From Flavobacteriales bacterium (GTDB lineage Bacteria > Bacteroidota > Bacteroidia > Flavobacteriales_D > Sanyastnellaceae), in assembly GCA_046309775.1 (NCBI GenBank), contig JBKCOM010000187.1:22841-86840 (forward strand): a stretch of 64,000 nucleotides of DNA, read 5' to 3'. The notes under the pieces were generated by a model that did no database searches, was not told the DNA's origin, and saw only the letters and a list, made by a program, of their open reading frames with translations. A program made the translations under genes and the position numbers. Of this stretch, positions 57,150 through 64,000 are shown piece by piece; within the stretch, counting starts at the first letter, position 1, and every line of letters starts with the position of its first letter.

Positions 57150-59051
57150 ATGAGCAAGATTATAGGAATTGACCTTGGAACTACCAACAGCTGCGTTTCT
57201 GTAATGGAAGGAAATGAGCCGGTGGTAATTGCCAACAGTGAAGGCAAAAGAACTACTCCATCGGTGGTGGCATTTGTAGAAGGCGGCGAGCGCAAAGTTG
57301 GCGATCCTGCTAAGCGTCAAGCCATCACAAACCCTAGAAAAACAATCTACTCCATCAAGCGCTTCATGGGTAGTAGCTACGATGAAAGCGCTCGTGAAGT
57401 CTCACGTGTTCCATACGAAGTGGTGCGCGGTGACAACAATACTCCTCGTGTTAAAATCGACGACCGTCTTTATACACCTCAAGAAATCTCTGCAATGGTG
57501 CTTCAAAAAATGAAGAAGACGGCAGAAGATTATCTCGGTTATGAAGTGTCTGAAGCAGTGATTACTGTTCCAGCCTACTTCAACGATGCGCAGCGCCAAG
57601 CTACTAAAGAAGCTGGTGAAATTGCGGGACTAAAAGTGAAGCGTATCATCAATGAGCCGACGGCTGCAGCATTGGCCTATGGTCTCGACAAAAAGGCACA
57701 GGATATGAAAATCGTAGTCTTCGACTGCGGTGGTGGTACTCACGACGTATCTGTCCTCGAGCTCGGTGACGGGGTTTTTGAAGTATTGTCAACCGATGGT
57801 GACACACACCTCGGTGGTGACGACTTCGACCAAGTAATCATCGATTGGTTGGTGCAAGAATTTAAAAATGAAAACGGCAATATTGATCTTACAAAAGATC
57901 CAATGGCATTGCAGCGTTTGAAAGAAGCTGCGGAAAAGGCAAAAATTGAGCTTTCAAGTTCAACTACAACCGAAATCAACTTGCCTTATATCATGCCCGT
58001 GGACGGCATCCCAAAACACTTGGTTCGTTCGCTCACCCGTGCAAAGTTTGAACAGCTTGCTGATTCATTGATTCAAAGAACGATTGCCCCTTGTGAAACG
58101 GCGTTGAAGAAGGCTGGCTTGAGCGTAAGAGACATTCAAGAAGTAATTCTCGTGGGTGGATCTACACGTATTCCAGCGATTCAAGATGCGGTGAAGAAAT
58201 ACTTTGGGAAAGAGCCTAGCAAAGGCGTGAATCCTGATGAAGTAGTAGCTATCGGAGCATCAATCCAAGGTGGTGTGTTGACAGGCGAGGTGAAGGATGT
58301 ATTGCTTCTCGACGTGACACCACTGTCGCTCGGTATCGAAACAATGGGGGGTGTATTCACTAAATTGATTGATGCGAATACAACCATTCCAACACAGAAA
58401 TCTGAAGTTTTCTCAACGGCTTCTGACAATCAGCCAAGCGTAGAAATTCACGTGTTACAAGGTGAAAGAGCAATGGCGAAAGACAACCGCACCATTGGTA
58501 AATTCCACCTTGATGGCCTTCCACCAGCACCACGCGGTGTGCCTCAAATCGAAGTAATCTTCGATATCGATGCAAACGGTATCATTAACGTGAGCGCTAA
58601 AGACAAAGCGACCAACAAGATTCAATCGATTCGTATCGAAGCTTCAAGTGGATTGTCTAAAGAGGATATCGAGAAGATGAAGCGTGAGGCAGAAGCCAAC
58701 GCAGAAGCTGACCGCGCTGCAAAAGAGTCGGCAGACTTAGTAAACCAAGCAGATACTTTGATTTTCCAAACAGAAAAGAACCTCAAGGAATTTGGAGAGA
58801 AACTTCCAGCCGATAAAAAAGGTCCGATTGAAAATGCATTAGCAGACTTGAAAAAAGCGCATGCAGAAAAGGATTTGAATGCGATTCGTACTTCTATGGA
58901 TCAATTGAACCAAGTATTTTCTGCTGCTTCTCAAGACATGTATAACGCAGGAAACGCAGCAGGTGCTGAGCAAGCTCCAAATAATGGAGGTGCGGCAGAC
59001 GCTGAAGTTACTGATGTTGACTTTGAGGAAGTTAAGGACGATAAGAAGTAA
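57150..59051 (+). CDS. dnaK: Molecular chaperone DnaK (Hsp70)
   Basis: 633-aa ORF with [12 protein letters not shown] and DLGGGTFD-type ([10 protein letters not shown]) motifs. Full-length Hsp70 architecture is clear. Confidence 0.98.
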   Translation: MSKIIGIDLGTTNSCVSVMEGNEPVVIANSEGKRTTPSVVAFVEGGERKVGDPAKRQAITNPRKTIYSIKRFMGSSYDESAREVSRVPYEVVRGDNNTPRVKIDDRLYTPQEISAMVLQKMKKTAEDYLGYEVSEAVITVPAYFNDAQRQATKEAGEIAGLKVKRIINEPTAAALAYGLDKKAQDMKIVVFDCGGGTHDVSVLELGDGVFEVLSTDGDTHLGGDDFDQVIIDWLVQEFKNENGNIDLTKDPMALQRLKEAAEKAKIELSSSTTTEINLPYIMPVDGIPKHLVRSLTRAKFEQLADSLIQRTIAPCETALKKAGLSVRDIQEVILVGGSTRIPAIQDAVKKYFGKEPSKGVNPDEVVAIGASIQGGVLTGEVKDVLLLDVTPLSLGIETMGGVFTKLIDANTTIPTQKSEVFSTASDNQPSVEIHVLQGERAMAKDNRTIGKFHLDGLPPAPRGVPQIEVIFDIDANGIINVSAKDKATNKIQSIRIEASSGLSKEDIEKMKREAEANAEADRAAKESADLVNQADTLIFQTEKNLKEFGEKLPADKKGPIENALADLKKAHAEKDLNAIRTSMDQLNQVFSAASQDMYNAGNAAGAEQAPNNGGAADAEVTDVDFEEVKDDKK

Positions 59052-59076
59052 CACTTTGATTGAATATCAGTATAAA

Positions 59077-59101
59077 AGCCTGGCAAAGCCAGGCTTTTTT
59101 T
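59077..59101 (+). terminator. Rho-independent terminator after dnaK
   Basis: AGCCTGGC / GCCAGGCT stem with an AAA loop and a T6-7 tail, 26 nt after the dnaK stop. Confidence 0.9.
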
Positions 59102-59105
59102 ATTT

Positions 59106-59113
59106 TATCTTTG
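59106..59113 (+). promoter_or_regulatory. Candidate -7 promoter box (TATCTTTG) for the hybrid kinase gene
   Basis: Exact TAnnTTTG match 21 nt upstream of the ATG at 59135. The -33 position is occupied by the dnaK terminator. Confidence 0.3.
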
Positions 59114-59134
59114 ACCTCTCAGATTACTAGTTGT

Positions 59135-61957
59135 ATGCACGAATTGAACTTTAGTGAACTTTTCGCTAATTCCTCTGTGGGATATCTCAGCGCCTCTACC
59201 ATTTGGAAAGGTGATGTACTCGTTGATTATAAAATTGAGTATGTAAATGATGCATTTGCTAATATTTACGGAACAGCGACAGGAAACTTAGTAGGAAAAA
59301 AATTTAGTGAAATTTCCGCTAATTCAGAGTATTCAAAAGAGTGGCTTGGCAAAATTCAAAATGCACTAGAACTCCAGAATTCGCAAACGTTTCAACAGTA
59401 TGCGCCACAAATAAAACGGTGGTTCAACGGACAAATCCTATCTCGTTCCAAGGAAAATTTTATCATACAATTTTGGGATGTCACTGATGAAAAATTGAAT
59501 GAGGAATCAGTGAATTCTCTTTTGCGAATTTTTGAAGATGCTCTTTTCGAATTGGACGATCAATTAATCTTTAAAAAGGTATCCTATTCTTCAGATAGTT
59601 TATTGTTTTTTCCCAAAGAACATTTTATTGGTAAGTCTTTGCAAGAGCTCTTTCACGGTGAGCTTCTCGAAAAATTCATGGAGCCTTTTGAGCGTGCGAG
59701 AGCTACCAAAGAGGTTCAAATAATCCAATACGCCGCACCAGAAATTTTTCCTGATAAAGAATTTAGAGCGCGAGTACTTTATCGCACTATCGGAGGTGTA
59801 GAGAATGACTTCTTCGTCTCCATTGTAGATATTACTGCAAAGAAAAACGCGGAGAAAGCACTTCAGTTTAGAAAGGAATTTGAACAGCTTTTGGTCGATT
59901 GCAACACGCTGATTATTCAGTCCGATGAGGCATCTTTTGATAATAAAATGAACGAGGTGCTGGCTAAAATTGGGTTGTTCTCTAAAGTGGATCGCAGTTA
60001 TTTTTTTAGATTTGACTACAATGCACAGACGTGCTCAAATACCCATGAATGGTGCAAAGACGGGGTAAGTCCTGAAAAAGATAATCTTCAAGATGTACCG
60101 ATCGAAGCAGTGCCCACTTGGGTGGCAAACATGCTTCAAGGAAAAGAAGTCTATATTGATGATCTCGATGCATTGAGTGAAGAGTGGGCCTCAGAAAAGG
60201 AAATTTTGGAACCTCAAGGCATCAAATCCCTACTCAGTTTGCCGGTGATGGAAAGCAATCGTTTGTATGGATTTTTGGGTTTTGATGCGGTCACTGAGAA
60301 GGTGGAATGGACGCAGGATTCGCGAAATCTGCTACGCATTCTAGCTGATAACTTGGGCTCGGTCATCAAACGAAATTTGCAAAATGAAGAGTTGCGCGTC
60401 AAAACAGAAATGGCAACGGCAGCTAGCAAAGCAAAGTCAGAGTTTCTTGCAAACATGTCGCACGAAATTAGAACACCGCTCAACGGCGTGGTGGGTTTTG
60501 CAGAATTGCTAAAAGGAACCAGTCTCGACAGCGTACAAATGCAGTACATTAAAAACCTGCACGAAAGCGCTGTTTCACTGATGGATTTGATCAATCAAAT
60601 TCTTGATTTTTCGAAAATAGAAGCGGGCAAAATGGTGCTCGATCTTGACAAAACAGATCTTCGTCAAGTGCTCGAAAATGCCAGTACATTGGTAAGGCAC
60701 GTGACAGGAATGAAGGGACTTAACTTTCGGGTACAAATCGACGAAAAATTGCCACGCTATGTCATCACAGATGCTGTGCGTTTAAGACAAGTGATTGTAA
60801 ACATTTTGAGCAATGCTGTCAAGTTCACACCCGAAGGCGAAGTGATGCTCAATGCAGAGTTGATTTCAAGAAATAATGGAATCAACAAAGTGAAAATTTC
60901 GGTGCGAGATTCGGGAATTGGTATTAGTGAAGAGCAGCAAAAATTCTTGTTTAAAGCTTTTGTACAAGCAGATACGAGTACTACCAAAAAGTATGGTGGA
61001 ACAGGCTTAGGCCTCGTGATTTCCAACAATCTGCTAGGGATGATGAATAGCGGTCTAAACCTCATTAGCACACCTGGAAAGGGAAGCAATTTTTATTTTG
61101 AAATAGACCTTCAAGAGGAGAATTCAGAGAGGATTCTTGAAGATATGCCGATGCTCAAAAAACACATTGCTGTGGTATCATTCAATGATGAATTTATTAA
61201 TGATGTGAAGCAAGTGCTCGAGCAAAAAAATATTCCTTTGATGGTCTTCAAGTCTTTGGAAAATCTAGTAGCTTCGGTGATTCGCAATGAGGTTCCTGAT
61301 GTGATCGTGGTGAGTGATAATGGCAAAGATGATTTGGGACTCGACTTTATTTCAAAATTGAGGGAATCAGCCCTACCTCAAATAGCGGATGTGCCGGTGG
61401 TATGCTATCATCGTTTGGAAGCCGCGGCGATTTATGATCGTTGCACCCGATTGAAAAATGTAGTACCCATTCTCGAGCCTGTATTGCCTTCTGAATTGAC
61501 CATTCATCTGAAGCAATACGAGTTCAGGTCGGAACTTGTTGAAAAGGAATTACCCAAAGGGAGTATTCTGGAACAGGCAGCAGATCCCCATCGAAAGGCT
61601 ATTTTGATTGTAGAAGATAATGATGTGAATCTTCTTCTCACGAAAATCATCGTTTCACAACTTTATCCTGACATTGAAATAGTGGAAGCTGTAAATGGAC
61701 AGATAGCAGTTCAAGCAGCAGAGGCGCGTCCTTTCGATTTGGTGTTGATGGATATTCAAATGCCGGAGATGGACGGACATGAGGCGACGCGACGAATTCG
61801 CAAATCGAAATTTGCGAATACTCCAGTAATAGCTCTGACGGCTAATGCGATTGCAGGAGAAGAAGAAAAGTGTTTGGAGGCTGGGGCAAATGGATACATT
61901 ACCAAGCCGATCGATCGAGACAAACTGAAGGACCAATTGGCTAAATTTTTGAGTTAA
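59135..61957 (+). CDS. Hybrid sensor histidine kinase / response regulator (PAS-PAS-GAF-HisKA-HATPase-receiver-like-REC)
   Basis: About 940 aa from the ATG at 59135; the upstream part of the track ORF contains the dnaK terminator. It has the H-box NMSHEIRTPLNGV, N-box ILSNAVKFT, DSGIGIS and GGTGLGLVIS. The C-terminal REC shows LIVEDNDVN...LVLMDIQMPEMDG...ALTANA...KP. Confidence 0.9.
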   Translation: MHELNFSELFANSSVGYLSASTIWKGDVLVDYKIEYVNDAFANIYGTATGNLVGKKFSEISANSEYSKEWLGKIQNALELQNSQTFQQYAPQIKRWFNGQILSRSKENFIIQFWDVTDEKLNEESVNSLLRIFEDALFELDDQLIFKKVSYSSDSLLFFPKEHFIGKSLQELFHGELLEKFMEPFERARATKEVQIIQYAAPEIFPDKEFRARVLYRTIGGVENDFFVSIVDITAKKNAEKALQFRKEFEQLLVDCNTLIIQSDEASFDNKMNEVLAKIGLFSKVDRSYFFRFDYNAQTCSNTHEWCKDGVSPEKDNLQDVPIEAVPTWVANMLQGKEVYIDDLDALSEEWASEKEILEPQGIKSLLSLPVMESNRLYGFLGFDAVTEKVEWTQDSRNLLRILADNLGSVIKRNLQNEELRVKTEMATAASKAKSEFLANMSHEIRTPLNGVVGFAELLKGTSLDSVQMQYIKNLHESAVSLMDLINQILDFSKIEAGKMVLDLDKTDLRQVLENASTLVRHVTGMKGLNFRVQIDEKLPRYVITDAVRLRQVIVNILSNAVKFTPEGEVMLNAELISRNNGINKVKISVRDSGIGISEEQQKFLFKAFVQADTSTTKKYGGTGLGLVISNNLLGMMNSGLNLISTPGKGSNFYFEIDLQEENSERILEDMPMLKKHIAVVSFNDEFINDVKQVLEQKNIPLMVFKSLENLVASVIRNEVPDVIVVSDNGKDDLGLDFISKLRESALPQIADVPVVCYHRLEAAAIYDRCTRLKNVVPILEPVLPSELTIHLKQYEFRSELVEKELPKGSILEQAADPHRKAILIVEDNDVNLLLTKIIVSQLYPDIEIVEAVNGQIAVQAAEARPFDLVLMDIQMPEMDGHEATRRIRKSKFANTPVIALTANAIAGEEEKCLEAGANGYITKPIDRDKLKDQLAKFLS

Positions 61958-61977
61958 GGTGGTTATTGTTACTTTTG
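61948..61977 (+). promoter_or_regulatory. Candidate Bacteroidota sigma-A promoter (TTTG-N18-TACTTTTG) for mscL
   Basis: TTTG at 61948-61951 and an exact TAnnTTTG at 61970-61977, 29 nt upstream of the mscL ATG. It straddles the kinase stop codon. Confidence 0.4.
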
Positions 61978-62006
61978 TGACACAAAACCACCAAAACCAA
62001 AATTTT

Positions 62007-62378
62007 ATGCTAAAAGAATTCAAGGCGTTTGTAATGCGCGGAAACGTTATCGACCTCGCTGTTGGGGTAATCATTGGAGGAGCTTTCGGTGCTATAGTCA
62101 ACTCCCTAGTTGCAGATATTATCACTCCAATGCTTCTCAAGCCAGCACTCGATGCTGAGGGAGTTACAAAGATTGAGGAGTGGGCTCCAGGCGGAGTATT
62201 ATTAGGCAAGTTTATCGCAGCTCTGATTTCTTTTATCGTGATTGCGTTTGTGTTGTTCCTTATCGTTAAAGGAATGAATGCTGCTATGAAGGCGAAAGAA
62301 GAAGCTCCTGCAGCACCACCTGCGCCAAGTGCTCAAGAAGTATTGCTTACAGAAATTCGCGATTTGTTGAAGAAATAA
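62007..62378 (+). CDS. mscL: Large-conductance mechanosensitive channel
   Basis: MLKEFKAFVMRGNVIDLAVGVIIGGAFGAIV is the canonical MscL N-terminus and TM1. The start is set at the ATG at 62007. Confidence 0.95.
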   Translation: MLKEFKAFVMRGNVIDLAVGVIIGGAFGAIVNSLVADIITPMLLKPALDAEGVTKIEEWAPGGVLLGKFIAALISFIVIAFVLFLIVKGMNAAMKAKEEAPAAPPAPSAQEVLLTEIRDLLKK

Positions 62379-62400
62379 GCGCATTTCGCTATAATATTGA

Positions 62401-62437
62401 CCGCAATTCGTAGTTACGAGTTGCGGTTTTTCTTTTT
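62401..62437 (+). terminator. Rho-independent terminator after mscL
   Basis: CCGCAATTCG / CGAGTTGCGG stem (one G-U pair), a 6-nt loop and a TTTTTCTTTTT tail. Confidence 0.85.
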
Positions 62438-62439
62438 AT

Positions 62440-64000
62440 ATGTCCAAGACCAGAGCATCCGTCTCACTTATATCGATTGCTGTTATTACTCTTTTCAGCA
62501 TAATCATGATTTCAAAATTGAAATTTGATTATGATTTTGAAGCCTTCTTCCCACACGAAGACCCAGAAACGGAGTTCTATCTCAATTTTCGTAAGGATTT
62601 CGAAACGGACAATGATTTTTTTATAGTAGTACTAGAAAACAAAGAAGGTGTTTTTCAATATGATTTTTTGGAAAAAGTTGACTCGCTAACATCCGTGTTG
62701 TCAGCTCTTCCAAACGTGACCTATATTCAAGGTCCGACGAGACTTGTGGAATTTGTTAAAGATCCATTTATTGGCACTGTCTTTACCCAACCCATTCTTC
62801 GATGGAAAGAAAGAGAAAATTATATTATTGACTCTTCTAAAGTATCCTCTACACCAGGTTTAGTGGATGTGTTTTTTAGTGAAGATGGCAAAAGTGTAGC
62901 CATCAATATGAAGCACAAGCAGCGCATGAGCAAAGCCGCGTGTGATCAGCTTTCCATTGATGTGGAGAAGGAAGTAAGTAAATTCAGTTTCGATGGTACT
63001 CACGTCATAGGTCGAGCGCTTGGACAGCGTATTTATGTGGAAATGATGGTGCGAGAGCTCGCAATGTTCATTTCGATTAGCTTGCTTCTCACAGTTATTT
63101 TTTTGTTCATCGCTTTTCGAAGTGGATGGGGCATCATCATTCCAACATTAGTGGTCATCATCTCCATTCTTTGGACCCTCGGTGCAATGAAGCTTTTGGG
63201 CAAAGACATCGATTTGATGATCACGATTTTGCCGACGATTATTTTCGTTGTGGGCATGTCTGATAGCGTGCATGTGCTCACCAAGTATATGCAGGAATTG
63301 CGAAATGGAAGAGACAAATACGAAGCTATTAAATATGCATTTAAAAGTATTCGTCTCGCTACGTTTTTGACGGCGTTAACGACTTCTGTAGGTTTTCTGA
63401 CTTTGATGTTGTCAGACATAAAGCCCGTTTCTGATTTCGGTCTTTACACCTCCATTGGCGTAATGCTGGCTTATGGTCTCACCTTTACAATGTTGCCTGC
63501 GATTCTTCTGCTTGCAAAACCAAAACGATTGTACGCATTCAGCACGAGTGAGGATTTTTGGTCAAAAAAATTACATCGCGTCTTTCTTTGGATCATTAGA
63601 CGAAGAAAGCAAGTTTTTGTCGCAGGGTTAATTACCATTGCCTTCGGGCTTTTTGGGATTTCTCAGTTGGTGGTGGACAATATGATGCTCGAGGATTTGC
63701 GCGACGATCATTTGCTTAAGAAAGAATTCAGGTATATGGAAGAGCATTATTCGGGTGTGCGACCTTTTGAACTTGCTATTTTTCCGAAAAAAGGAATAGA
63801 TCCATTTCAGCGTGAGTTCTTGACCGCCTTAGACAGTCTCGATCATTTTCTTGAATCCAGCTATGGAGTGGGAGCTGAGGGCAGTTTGGCAACGCTCGTG
63901 AAGACATTTAACAAGGCATCCAACGGCGGCCAACTTCAATTTTATTCCATCCCAGAACAAAATGAAATTGATCAGATCAAGAAAATTCTTCGGCGCAAAT
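62440..64000 (+). CDS. MMPL/RND-superfamily transporter (sterol-sensing-domain-like), 5' part; runs off the window
   Basis: This ORF is not in the supplied track because it has no stop in the window. My own translation from the ATG at 62440 gives MSKTRASVSLISIAVITLFSIIMI..., an extracytoplasmic domain, then a TM bundle (FISISLLLTVIFLFIAFRS...ILPTIIFVVGMSDSVHV...LTALTTSVGFLTL) typical of MMPL/HpnN-like RND proteins. It is open to position 64000. Confidence 0.75.
   Translation, partial: MSKTRASVSLISIAVITLFSIIMISKLKFDYDFEAFFPHEDPETEFYLNFRKDFETDNDFFIVVLENKEGVFQYDFLEKVDSLTSVLSALPNVTYIQGPTRLVEFVKDPFIGTVFTQPILRWKERENYIIDSSKVSSTPGLVDVFFSEDGKSVAINMKHKQRMSKAACDQLSIDVEKEVSKFSFDGTHVIGRALGQRIYVEMMVRELAMFISISLLLTVIFLFIAFRSGWGIIIPTLVVIISILWTLGAMKLLGKDIDLMITILPTIIFVVGMSDSVHVLTKYMQELRNGRDKYEAIKYAFKSIRLATFLTALTTSVGFLTLMLSDIKPVSDFGLYTSIGVMLAYGLTFTMLPAILLLAKPKRLYAFSTSEDFWSKKLHRVFLWIIRRRKQVFVAGLITIAFGLFGISQLVVDNMMLEDLRDDHLLKKEFRYMEEHYSGVRPFELAIFPKKGIDPFQREFLTALDSLDHFLESSYGVGAEGSLATLVKTFNKASNGGQLQFYSIPEQNEIDQIKKILRRK

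Noticed and set aside
59060-59134. N-terminal 25-codon extension of the hybrid kinase ORF in the track (start at 59060).
   Set aside because: The extension contains the dnaK rho-independent terminator (59077-59101) and a -7 promoter box. The ATG at 59135 is the sensible start.
61959-62006. GTG-initiated 16-codon extension of mscL in the ORF track.
   Set aside because: The canonical MscL N-terminus (MLKEFKAF...) begins at the ATG at 62007. The extension also contains the predicted promoter.
1-64000. Window-wide scan by eye for tRNA/rRNA genes, CRISPR repeats, IS/transposase or integrase genes, long direct or inverted repeats and compositional islands.
   Set aside because: None were seen. All intergenic gaps are 190 nt or shorter and are accounted for by promoters and terminators. 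A computational repeat, tRNA and GC-skew scan would be needed to exclude small elements.

Overview
This window is a densely packed, moderately AT-rich chromosomal segment that looks like Bacteroidota (Flavobacteriia/Cytophagia-like). Taxon clues read from the sequence are a fused LpxC-FabZ gene, type A and type B T9SS C-terminal sorting domains, TTTG/TAnnTTTG promoter boxes, A-rich leaders without Shine-Dalgarno sequences, and a PafA-like phosphatase. I call about 51 protein-coding genes with short intergenic gaps and several 1-4 nt start/stop overlaps. Most of the content is core housekeeping. It covers lipid A synthesis (lpxC/fabZ, lpxA and an unlinked lpxD), central metabolism (acnA, gpmI, galE, aroA, ubiE, an aspartate aminotransferase, coaBC), the information machinery (rpoN, asnS, rpoZ, truA, recN, dnaK) and envelope functions (bamD, mscL, a TrkH-type transporter, TonB-dependent receptor, ABC and MMPL transporters). 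It also contains two T9SS cargo proteins and several two-component parts (a classical kinase, a hybrid kinase, an orphan Hpt). I saw no rRNA, tRNA, CRISPR array, transposase, integrase, prophage, toxin-antitoxin or recognisable defence genes. I also saw no obvious compositional island. I did not find a convincing, previously undescribed multi-gene system. The most system-like feature is a ligase-associated DNA-damage-response gene set. Its exonuclease and ATP-dependent ligase are separated from the DEXH helicase by a 6-kb block of unrelated genes, and it lacks the phosphoesterase partner. A signal-less BtuF-fold protein is translationally coupled to the ligase. Smaller observations include sigma-54-like TGGCAC-N5-TTG boxes in two consecutive intergenic regions (one in front of dnaK). 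Others are exact -7 promoter boxes abutting start codons, unusual domain fusions and orphan signalling parts. All functional calls rest on motifs read by eye in the supplied translations and need HMM or BLAST confirmation.
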